From NCBI GenBank assembly GCA_018398765.1, contig JAHBMJ010000116.1:1-56752 (forward strand): a stretch of 56,752 bases of DNA. The letters run 5' to 3'. How positions within the stretch are numbered: the stretch's first letter is position 1; each line of letters starts with the position of its first letter. The notes below the pieces were generated by a model. The model had not been told where the DNA came from, searched no databases, and was given only the letters and a program-made list of their open reading frames with translations. The DNA is from Chromera velia. Its lineage: Eukaryota. The position numbers and the translations under genes are program-made. Below are positions 38,301 through 49,728 of the stretch, one piece after another.

Positions 38301-39256
38301 TGGAAGAAGCAAACGGACAACAAAGAAGCACGGAAAGATGAGGGCCAAACAGACGTGTTTGTCTAATCAACAGACGCTGAAAGAAAAAGGACGCCCCCTC
38401 TTTCCCCCCCTCTGTGTGAAGGGGAAGGAGCGAGAAGATCAGATGTGAGAGAGGGAGGAACTAAACAAATGGGGTGGGGCGGAAAGCAGGGGGATGAGTA
38501 GCGACCTTGATCTAACCACAGCATCAAAAAGTGTACCAGACTCATCCACTGACATGACTTTTTTGCGTTCTCGGTGATGGAGTGTGTGTGTCTCTGCGAA
38601 GGGATTGAAGAAGGAGCGGCTCTGTAGAACGCCTGCATGCAGAGAGGGGTCAAAGAAAGGATTTATAGAAAAATCATCCAAGGGACAAGTCGTGCACAAA
38701 AAAACAGTACGACAATTACAGGTCAACCATCCACCTACACCGTCCCAGAGTCCCCCAAAGAGATCCTCCGGGCTTTCCTACTGACGTACTTCGTGTTTGG
38801 GTGTCTGCCTGACTGGCTGTCTATCTACCTCTCTGACTGCCTTGCCCTCAGTTTCTCCGTCTGACTGACAAACTGAGTGGGCGTGTGTCAATTGCCTGGC
38901 TGGTTGGTCGGTTGGCAGGCTGTCTATCCAGCTACCTGTCTCTCTGACTGAATAACTCAGTGGTCGTCCGACTGACCGATACATTTCGGGCCTCTGAGAG
39001 GCGCTGCTTGTGTGGTCTCTGCCACGACGAGCTGCGGGGAGAGCCTGCCGCCTGGTGTCATTGCAGAAGAGGAAGAAGAGGAATTCGCTCGTCGTCGGGG
39101 AAGGAGGGGTGAAGGTAGATGGGAGTGGGCATGTCTGTGCCTACTCGTTTGTCTGCAGCAGGACGCAGCAGCTGCCTCAGAGAGCACCCGTGCACTCGCA
39201 ACCAGAGCCAGGCACTGAGAAGCCTTGCAAGAGCGCCCCGTGCAGACCTGCATCAT
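35374..39256 (-). CDS. COQ10: Coenzyme Q-binding START-domain protein COQ10 with mitochondrial-type presequence (multi-exon; 3' end uncertain)
   Basis: Spliced: RSFFNPF...HRERKKVM|YTPEQYYDMVIDVKEYKRFLPWCQ|ESRIV...FLAELE|VGFRLFTERYTSVV...FEKL|VNTWKFHPGP...LEFNIEFK|FRSQIHQQAAGFFLQE|VAQAMVSAFDKRALQIYG. Confidence 0.88.
35509..35815. repeat. Intronic tandem repeat of about 73 bp built from TTGACGCACGCA / TGCGTGCGTCAA inverted arms
   Basis: About four units, each containing both arms. Confidence 0.85.
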
Positions 39257-39820
39257 TGGCTTTCCTCCTTCCTACCTCACCCGATCGCACACACAGACAG
39301 ACCCCCAGAATGCCCCCCCACCTTCACAAGTGCAGAAAGAAGTTCAACGACTGGATCCGCTTTCCGCTCCATACAGTGGTGTGCAATCCTCTTCAGTTTT
39401 AGGGGAAAATCTTTACATAAAGATCAAGTAGACGGAATTCGGGTGAGTGTCGCTTGTCTTCTTTTGTCACGCATGCAAGCGTGGGCGTCCTCTCAGATGA
39501 AAGCTCAATTTCCGTTCGAGATTATGGAGCGGCTTTTTCGGTCTCAGTGTGGACATGCAGCTGGAGGGAGACGGCAGGATCTCACTCACGCAGAACTTAA
39601 GGGGAAAAGGAATGTTATAAGGCAAGGAGCCCAAATCAGGAGACAACACAGTAACGACACATCAATATATCCATCAACTATGCCGCTCATGACAGATCCC
39701 CCATCCGTCTAGCAAAGGTGGTTTCTAATGCAGATGACCATAGAAGAAGATCTCGGGCAGAATTTAAATTGACGCACGCAAGCGGTGTTTTTGTGCAAAT
39801 TTGCTGAAAAATATGAAAAA

Positions 39821-40038
39821 TAGTCCCGAGGAGATTCGAACTCCCGACCGCATGTACAGCACTCAGCACTGTGTTCTCGCGGCGCCCTGATCAGGAAGTG
39901 TGACTGTGTGCTCTACCACTATTAACCACTATTCATATCCCAATACCGTGCGAACTAACGGCCGGTATGCTGGGACGTGCTATGCATCCACGAACCCTCG
40001 AACACTATTCATATGAATATCATACAAGCTACGGGACC
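39821..40038 (-). tRNA. Interrupted tRNA-like locus (pseudogene, SINE head or tRNA with non-canonical inserts); anticodon not assignable
   Basis: Minus strand reads GGTCCCG-TA-GCTT [about 105 nt] AGTGGTA-GAGC ... GGTC-GGGAG-TTCGAAT-CTCCT-CGGGACT-A-TTTTT. The acceptor stem, D stem, T arm and a Pol III terminator are present. Confidence 0.55.
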
Positions 40039-40403
40039 GTTGCTTCGCGCGAGATTCAAAATTGCTTCGTTCACTTCAAGGAAACAAACAATTTTCCTAT
40101 ATAACCACGAGTTTTGAAACCGGCCGTTCACAGCGACATCATGCACTGATATGCACTGCATGATATGGGAGTTTTTTGTGTCCCCTCCGGGACTTCCGGC
40201 CTAGCTCGATCGCGGCCTCGGCTTGCGCGCGCGCGAGCCGGCCGACGCCGGGCTGCGCGGGCCCGGCGCCGGCGCCTAATCGAATCCTCACTCGATCATG
40301 CAGTACCAGACTTCCTTCGGGCAAGATTGTCTGAATCTGCGAAAGTTGATGCACGTTCCGAGATCACATTCCTGCATATACACCTGTACATGAGAGCGCC
40401 TGA

Positions 40404-41826
40404 ATGATGCCGTCCTTCCTTCCTGCGCTCCTGAGCCTTGTGTGGCTCACAGGCGTCTCCTCTTTCCGTTCCCTGCCTTCCGTCTCTGTACCCGTCCTGA
40501 GAAGACCTGCATTCTCCCAACACCCCCACGCCTCCCCTCTCTTCTCCTCAAGAACCTCCCCGTCACCACGACGGAGGCTGCCCCCTCTTTCGGTGCTGTC
40601 TGCTCAGGGGGTGACTGATGCAGGCGTAGCCACGAGGGAGGAGCAGGAGATTGGAGTAAGTGCCCCGAATACCTCTGCAAGCGTAGAGGTTCCACAGAGC
40701 TCAAACTCAACAGCACTCACAACAGCACAGGAACCCGCACCAGAACTTCAGGGTCAGTCCGTCAAGACGGCCGTGGAATAATGGGATAATGGGGTCAGGG
40801 CACTTTCCGTCTCCTGTCTCTGTGCGCCCAACGCCTCCATCTGGCTTGGGACGTGGCCATAGGTAGTCGCATCTTCTCTTGCCCCCTTTCTTTTCCTTGT
40901 GCCGTTATTCGATTCAGCAGCGAGATCCGTCCTTGTGTGCTCAACCTTGATGGTGCCAACTCAATCTTGTTGGCTCATCTGTCTGCCCCTCCGGTAGAAT
41001 CCGCTCACGCGTCCGCCGAAGCAGCCACGCTTTTTTGATCACACATTCCGCTTTCGCGGTTGTCTGGCCAGCCGTCTTTCCTCTTTCTTTCTGGAGTCTC
41101 CTCATGCAACAGCACATGAGACGAGAGAGAACCGATCAGTGCAAATTGTTTGACAGAGAAGAAAGAAAGCCCCTTATCTCCTTTCTTTGTTCTTTTCTGT
41201 TATCTCTTCCTCTGTAGAGGTTCCCCCATGAGCAATTTTGTTCTTCATACAGCGGGCAGCCCGCTGACAGGCCATCATAGCTTCACATTGTCCTGCTGCT
41301 TTTTTTGTTTCTTCAATTCTATGCAGGCTCAATTCTCCAGAGATTCAGGAAAGGATTGCGATTCAACAAGAAGTCCCTGGTGGCACTTGGAACCAACTTT
41401 CTTTTTACTTACGGATTTGTCAGCAATGCCTTCTACTGCACTTCTGTCATTGCGGCCTGGACAATCTTCTCTCTTCGGTACGGGGTGACACCGTTGGCAG
41501 AGGGGAAGTGGCCGTATTTTTTGGCGATTTACGGGTCGTTGTGGTTTGTGGGTAACTTTATGAGGCCAATTCGAATCGCGGTGGCGGCAGCGATCGCTCC
41601 CAGCTTCAACAAGTTGATCGATTTTGCCGAACATGTCCTTCACCTGCCAAGATCGGCTGCGTTCACTGCGGTGATCATTTTCTTGAACATTTTCTGCACA
41701 ATCTTGTATCTCATGGGGGGTATTGCACTCAGCGGACTGCTGACGGGTGTTCCGGTGCTTCCAGACGGTGTGACGTTGGGGGCGTTTCTGGCTGAGTACT
41801 TCTCTAGACGCCCTCTTCCATCATGA
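40404..41826 (+). CDS. Plastid-targeted conserved algal-type membrane protein (exons 40404-40752 and 41327-41826)
   Basis: Signal peptide ending GVSS-F followed by a Ser/Pro/Arg-rich transit peptide. Exon 2 reads TYGFVSNAFY...TPLAEGKWPYFLAIY...NFMRPIRIAVAAAIAPSF with several TM helices. Phase-1 GT-AG intron. Confidence 0.8.
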
Positions 41827-43782
41827 GAATGACAGGGGAGAGAGACGCAGGTGCACTGTCCTGAAAGGAGCAGATGGTCAAGCTCTCGATTGATCGAGCT
41901 GAGTGCCGCGTCTCATCTGTGGATCGGGACACTGCAGGGAAGAGAAAGGATGTGCATGATACCAGTTGAGGGGGCAAGGATTTCACTCCTTTGTTGGGGC
42001 ACTAGCATGGTGACCTCAGAGTCTCTCTCTCTCTGGTCTGATTATCTTTCTTCTGCTCAACCTTCTTCTTGCTGTCGTGTCCTCGGTCAGGCTGGCCGGA
42101 CGACTTTGTCGATTCATCGATTTGTCTGTCTGGCATAGTGGTAATTTTGGATTATTGTTTGCTTTCAATACTTTAGTTTGCTTCTTTGTTTTGTGTATGA
42201 AAAAAGACGGACTGGCATCAGAGAGAGAGTCGATCTGAGAGACGTGCCAGGTTGTTTAGTAGCAGAAAGCTTGCTCGATTTCACACCTGTGTGTTTTCGT
42301 AGTTGGTTTTGTTCGTGCAAAGTCCTTGCGATTGTGTGTGCATGAATTAATGATGCCTAAATATGTGAAAGCTTTTTTAAGTGTCCATGCACTCTGTGTA
42401 GACCATGAAAGCAGGAAAACAACTAGGGAAAAAACGTGGTCGTCACGTTTAATGTGAATGATAATTGATTAATAAAACATTGAAACTTAAAGTGTATTAA
42501 AGTGCCTTAAAGAATTTGTTACCAGATTATCTAGAATGTACGCTGCGTTACCATACGCAAAATAATGTGGGAATTTGAAGTAAAGCAATTAAATTTCGAT
42601 TAATTGTTTTATGAATCAAATATGACGTTTCCGTTCCTTTTACTTCGGTAATAGTTTCCGGCCCCTTTTATGTCTAGCATTACTAGTAATATAAATTGCT
42701 GCATATTGCATTATAATTTAATGACTAGTAAAACCGTAATATTATTACTAATATATCACCCTAAGGCGTTGCCCCCTATAGATATTGTCTTATCAAAATT
42801 GTACAGTTTGTACTTGATAGATGGTCGATCAAGAATCGATCGATCAAAAATTCGAAATTATATGATTAGGATTAATTTATGTTCTGGGTTTGTCCCAAGG
42901 TCCACTGCCGGGGGACGGCTTGCACCGTCAAGCTCTAGGTCAAACTTAAAAATGTAAAATTTTAATTTTTAAAATTTTTTTCAGATTATCGAGCTAGTGA
43001 TATATGTGAATCTTCTGACATGTTTTGCTTTGCTTATCGATCATGGCTGTCAGATCTCAGATGAGCGCGAACGGCTAGAGATGGCTGGAGCTCGGCCGGG
43101 GAGGGCGTGTTCCTGATCGATGGTCTGCGTGCAGAGATGCTGCCGGGTGCTCTGGCATGGAAGAGGGATGCAGATGAACGAACGTGCAGTGAACTCATCG
43201 ATCGAAGTGTGAATGAATCCACGTGCCTGACAGAATGACTCAGGCGTCGAGGACGGGATCGATCTCACGAAAGGTTGAAAAGGGGCGGGGAAGATAGTGG
43301 ATAGAAGGGCGCTCTGAAAGGCAGAGGATCAATGAAGCCCGCCGCCCTCTTTTAGGTGCTTCAGACGATGGGAGAAGGACACCCACGCCCAACGACAGGT
43401 AGAAATCGGCTCAGCTCTTTCTCCCGCCTCCCCTTTTCTCTGCACCCACTTCTTTCGAGCAATTCCCCCCCCGGCAGAGTGCAGAGGCACAGACACGCAG
43501 GCAGAAGGAGACCCTTCTCCTCTCCCCGCACCCAACCAACCCTCTGCTGTCCTCTGCCCTCATCAGTGACCGACAAGGCGCTTCCTCTTGAAAGCCGAAA
43601 AACCGTCACACCTACCCATCCTTCTCAAGAACCCCCCCCCCTTTCTCCTGCACTCAGGCCCCCTCCCACCGCCATTCAACAAGGCCAAAAAAAAAGATAG
43701 AGAACGAACGATCCAACAAAAGCACCGCATCTCTCTCGACTGAATTCCCCCCCCCCTTCCCCCTTCGTGTCCAGTGAGCGAA

Positions 43783-46700
43783 TTAAACAATCCTTTCCAG
43801 TTCCGATGCGTAAGCTGCATGCATACAGACAGGGCCCCCGGAAAGAAACGGAAGGAGACTTCACATCGACTCTATCCTTCCGTCCGTTGATCTGTATGTC
43901 TGTCTGTCTTAGAGATGGGCTGTATTCCTCCATACTGTATGGTGAAGAGGAACAGACGGAGGGATGCCTACACACGTATAGAAAGGAGGAATTAAAGAAA
44001 AACGGTCTGAACACAGGAATGGTATTATGGAAAGAGCGGAAAGTAGAGAGATCAAACAAAACAAAACACACCTACTAAGGAACGAAAGTCCATAAAAGAA
44101 AAAAAAGAACCAGCCAAGTGTTTACTCAACGGGATAGAGGAACAAGACAGATGTCAATCAGAAAAGCAATTTCTAGCTCAGACCGCGAAACGAATAAAGA
44201 GACACCTCTCCTCTGATCTGATCTACCCCCACTCAGACAGACAGATAGATCCTCACCCACCCACTGCCTGCCAGACTGACCCATTGTGTTGGTGATCACC
44301 GTAAGTGCTTCGAGGTCCGTCTTCTTCCCCTCAGCCTGCAAGAAAAAAAAAGTAGATGCATTTACTTTCATACATTTACTTTCATACAAAAAGAATCCTG
44401 TATGAAAGTAAATGCATGGTCCGTCTTCTTCCCCTCAGCCTGAAGAAAAAGATGAGAGAAAAGGGTAATCGGCAATTGAAGGAGGAAAGCAAAAAAACGA
44501 AAGCGCAAAGCGAAAATTCAAGGGACGTCCGAGCGATCCCGAGGCTGCTTCTTCGGGGGCTCTCTTACGGTTTTAAAAGAACATGAAATGCATGCCCACA
44601 CATTTTTGGTAATGAAGAGACAGAAAAAGAGGACAACGACACAAGCAAAAAAGAAAGGCACTCACCCCTCACAGAGTACTGACGATGCAAAGACAAAAGA
44701 AAAGATGTTTGAGAGGCACAAGAGCAGGCAGAACGGGGGCACGAGGGAGGCTCCCTCCCTCCCTCCCTCGCTGCGTGACTGACACTTTTGAAGTAGAGTT
44801 TGTTGCCCTCCACTTCCCACGTCTTCCTCTCAATTCCCTCCTCGTCCTCTTCCTCTGCATCTTCTCCTGCGTCTGCAGATAGAGGGACAACAACGGAGGG
44901 AGGAACGCAAGCAAAAGCGAAGTACGTAAACAGGCAGGCACTGACAATTTCTTCCCTGCTGGAAACAGTCAGCTCACGCATTGACCACTTGACCTTCCTC
45001 AGACAAAAACAAAACAGCCCCCAAAAGAAGCAACGCAACAACAGGGCAGAACGATCTCAAAGAAGAGACAAATCAAGGTGTCGGGACACCAACCGATGCG
45101 CCAACGGACCCACCTGCTGCAGCCGCTGCAGCCGCCGCGCCCCCGTCCATTTCCACATCCCCTCCTTCCCCTGCCTCTCTCTTTCCCCTCGCGTTCATTT
45201 CCTTCGCGAGTTGCCGCAACTCTGCCTCGCTGCCCGTTGACAGCATCCGGCAAGCAAAAGGGACGTCGACCTGCACGCACGTGCGCATTTCGGGCAGTGC
45301 AACAGCAACAGAATGAAACAAACAATGCAGAGCAGAAAGGCGAGATGATGAAAGGGGGTGGACACGCGAAAGGGTCAGTCAGAGAAAACACTTTCGTACC
45401 CACTGCTGAACTCACAAACAAAACTTGGAAAGGCTGGCGGACAAAGAAAACCATCTGCTCTTTCTTTTTGACGAAAAGAATTGTTCTCAGAACAAAGCGC
45501 CGTATTTCGTTCTTTTTTGCATGACCCCCCGGGGCCTCTGCTTTCCTCGCATGACCTACAATTCTGACGGACCATCGGACTTTCTGTCAAGCTTTTATTT
45601 TCATACAGCATTCTTTTTATTTTTCATACAGAATTCATACAGGCAGAAAAGAAATGCATGACCCACACTTCTGACGAACCGTCGGACTTTCTGTCAAGCT
45701 TACTTACCCATGAGTACGCCGTCTCCAACGACTCGGCGATCTTCTTGCGAATGGTTGTTGTCAGCGTGTCGACAAAAAAGCGAAAAATCGGCAGCGGTAC
45801 ATCTTTGGAGATAGTGAGGACCTGCGAGCACAGTTATTGAGGAAAGGAAGGAGGGAAGCGTAGAAAGAAACCCGTTTCAAAAAGTGCTTGGAGGTTCTTT
45901 TACAGTAATCTGTTTATTCATTTGACCCTTTGCATACGTTTCTTTGATAAAGCATACAGACGAGAGAGCCCGTCAGATGCGAAGGTCCGAACTTCTTTTC
46001 ATGTCCCTCCCGCTGGTCTTGACTCTCTCCGGCCGTCAAACCGGAAAGAAAACAGGGAAGGAGAGGTGGAGGTCTGTCAGCAAGGAGGAAAACCTGCTTT
46101 CCACCCTTCACCCCCAAAAGAACACACCAAAAACAGGGCCAAGAGAGACCCCACTCCCACTCCCATCACCCGTTCCCTCACCTTGTTGTAGTTCCCTTCC
46201 ATCAGGGCCCTCTCCAGGGCAATCGGGTGTTTCAGGTACGTGTTGCCCCCTTCCCCCCTCTCTTCTTGAGGAATCAACTCGAGCTCTGTGTGAAAGTCTC
46301 TGCATACACACACACATATGCACCTACGTACATATACACACACACATACGCACCTACGTATCCCGACATAGAGTGACGCAGAAGAAAACAGACAGAGACG
46401 GACGGAGGAGAGAATGGACTCTAGGGAGATAGCAAAAGAACTCGAGCGAAGAGGAAAAGGAAGAGGAACAGAAGGAAGCCGAAAGAAGGCATAAAATCTA
46501 GGAAGCTCCCATTTCTTTTTTGCTCTACAGTCGACTGGCCACCTACAGACCCGCCTCCCTTACAACCACCCACCCCCTCACCCGATTCTGTTCTCTGCGA
46601 GCATGTGCAACAAAAACATGCCCATGATCGGGTACTGCCTCTGAGAGGGCGGCATTTGCTTCCCGAAGTCTCTATAGTAGGTCTTCAGCTGGAGCACGTG

Positions 46701-47581
46701 ACGCTCAAAGAGAGCCGAGTCCTGTTTCCGCACCGCCAGGAAGGCACCGATCTCAAGGGTCTCTCTGCAAACACCTCGACACCACCCACACACCCACACG
46801 CGAAGGAAATGATGAAACATTGAAAAAGTAAACAAGGCGCACAACTCACAGGGATTCTTGTGGTTCCTCGCGGTGATGGGGGGAGAGGAGAGGAGAGGAG
46901 AGGTGAGGTGAGACGAGGGACTCTGGAAAAACTTCAAAAGAGCACCAGAAAAGAAAGAGCTATGCCGCGGAGCGAAAGACAGATCGAGGTGCTGTACTGC
47001 ACCTGGAGCGAAAAGGGGGGAGGCGTGCGAGCTCCGAAGTTACGCAGTCCCACTCAGACTCCCCCCCTCCTACTCTCCCTGCCTGCCTGCCAGCTTACCC
47101 ACCTTGCAATGAGGAGTTCTTTCTCGTAGAGGCCCTTGTCCTTCACCGCACCGGCAGAGGGGGGGATCAGGGAAGAAGTGGAAAAGCCAGCAATGTCCAC
47201 CTGCATGTGCGCAGCAAGGAAGGAAGGAAGAGAAGAGATCGACCAGATTTGGTGGGAGACGGCGAGGGAGGGGGGGATATCCTCGCGCGTGTGCACACAC
47301 AAGCACCGAGCGCAGGGGGAATGTCGAACACGGGTGCACTGAAACGAGGCAGTAACGGTGGCTCTCATGTACAGATTTGAAGTTTTGACCCGCCTCTGGA
47401 AGACGAGATACAGGGCAGGCATACGAAGGTAGGAGACAAGCAGATAGATCAGACAGACCTTGAGCTCGTTTAGAAGGGCCATACATTTTGGGACGTCTGC
47501 AGGCTCTTGATTGCACATCTGCTGGAACTTCTTCAACTTCTCTGCAGCTGCCTGCACGTGCTCCTTGGATGTTTGGGCCAT
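43783..47581 (-). CDS. RPN12: 26S proteasome regulatory subunit RPN12/PSMD8 (about 9 exons)
   Basis: Spliced: ELLIAR|ETLEIGA...FERHVLQLKTYYRD...LLHMLAENRIG|DFHTELELIP...LKHPIALERALMEGNYNK|...TIRKKIAESLETAY...|WEVEGNKLYF|...YASELERIV*. Confidence 0.95.
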
Positions 47582-48585
47582 GGTTTCTCTCTATTTATTT
47601 TTCGTTTTTGGACGGGACACAAGGAACCCAGTACTCTTGGGCGCAACTACAAGAGCTTGCTTTTCAGATTGTTGCTTGGAAATGAAGGACAGCAATAGGG
47701 AAAGAAAGCCTCGGTGGCCTACGGACTCCTTAACCGAGTGAATTCAGGACGGAACCCCGGGAGCCCGACAGAGCAAGTTTACACAAACACACAGCGCAGT
47801 CAGATAAATCAAGAAGAGCTGGAAGAACTGCCAGTCTGAGCAAAAAGAAAAGAAGAGTACGAAAAGAATCGGAACAGATTATCTGGAGCACGTGAACGAA
47901 TGTCAGGCTTCACTTTCGACAGATTCAATGAACTCAAAGAGGGGCTGGGTGTCGAAAGAAGTATATACGAGTCTGGGAGCTCAGGGAGGACGAATCTTCG
48001 AACAAACTATCACAAACTGGCTTGAAAAGGAGACAAGATGTGGCTGCCGTCCGGGGCTCAGTGCGCGATCAGTGCGCGCTTTGCAAAATGAGCCGCGGCC
48101 TGGTCGGTCCCATCAGGCCGGAGGTCCGTCTCTCCTGCGATCTCGATCCTCAATGATCCTCAGCCTGGCACTTGATGCATCTTGATGCTTGGCAATGCTT
48201 GGCACTAGCATCACTGAGCATTCAATGAGCAGCAGTTTGATCGGTTTTGGTCACAAGCCTGGCAAGCCAGACCCTTGAGAAGCTGCTGGTCACTGCCCCT
48301 GCCGACATCACATAACAGAGTCGGCTGTTTTGATTTCTTTTTTCGTCCTTCTCTCGTGTGTTGCCGACTGAGCCTGCTGCCGCGTCTCTCGATCGCCGAT
48401 CCGTCTACCTGCTGAAACAGCGCCTGAACGACGGGTAGCGCATCCCACTCTTCTTCTCTGCGTGTCAGGAGACTGAAGAACAGAGGAGTGTGCTGAATTC
48501 CGGCCGACTGTGGCCTCATCCATCCAGTTCGAGAGACGTTGAAACATTGAAGGAACACAAAAGCGACCTCACTCAATTGAGAAAG

Positions 48586-49693
48586 ATGGGAATTCTGAGT
48601 TTACCTCCGGGCCTGGCGCCCTACCTCTCACCCTACTTTGTCTCCTCCGTCTTGCTGGCGGGCATGTACCTGCCTGTGCGCTTTTACTTCCCTGCCGCCC
48701 TCGAGGACGTGGCGCGACTGGATTTCATCTGGTCGGGCGCAGCCGCAGTCCCCTAGCTGTTGCGTGCGCACGTGCGTGCGTGCATACATTGCTTCATACC
48801 ATTCAAACTCTCTTTGTGTGTATCTGCAGGTCTGGAGGAGGTATTGATACGACACTTTTGTTGTGTATGTCCGTGTTTGTGTACTTCAAAATGAAGACCC
48901 ATTTCCTCAGCATCAGCGCGTGGAGTGAGTGCCTGAACTACTTCAAGATGGTGGTGGCTATGACGCTCTACAGAGCAGACACCGCCCTGTGCCTCTGGTA
49001 TGGCCTGGCTTGCCTCGGTCAGTCTTGTGCTGTGTGTGTAGGCAGCTGTGGGGTGTCCGGCTGGCAGAGAAGGGAGAGAAACGAATAGATTTGAACGAAT
49101 TGTACATCTTCCTGCCAGCCTTTCTGCGTTGTCTCTTTTCTCACGGTTGAGGACGTCTTCGAATATTTTTCTGTGCGTTTGAAAGAATTGGGTTGCGGTT
49201 TGTTGCCTCAGTGCACATGTCTCGACAGTGACTCGAATAATGGAATTCCAGATGCTCTCTCGACTCTCGACCCAGGTCAAGAAAAGAAGAGAAAAGAAAA
49301 GAAAAAATAGGATTCTTCCTTTGTCTAGTCGATGGACAGTGACTCGAACAATGGAATTCCAGATGCTCTCTCGACTCTCGACACAGGTCAAGAAAATAAA
49401 AGAAGAGAAAAGAAAAGGTTCTTCCTTTGCTTTTCTGTGTTTGATTTTTGACTCCCTTCAGCACACGTTTACTTCCCTCCCCATGTTGTTATTGACTCCT
49501 CCTACGGCCTGCCTGCCTGCCTGCAGTCTGCTGGCACGCATTCCCCCACTCCCTCCAGTACAAGGCGCCCTCGAGGGTGAAGACCCTGGACCATCTGACA
49601 TTTGACCGTCTCGTGAAAGGGGAGACGAAGAAGAGGAGACAGGACGTGGAGGGCTCTGTGGCGCCTGGGGGGTTCTGGCTGGTCAGTTGATGT

Positions 49694-49728
<35 letters not shown>

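Noticed and set aside
39920..40025. Spliceosomal GT...AG intron inside the tRNA-like locus (GTATGA...TAATAG)
   Set aside because: Removing it would delete the conserved AG of the D loop.
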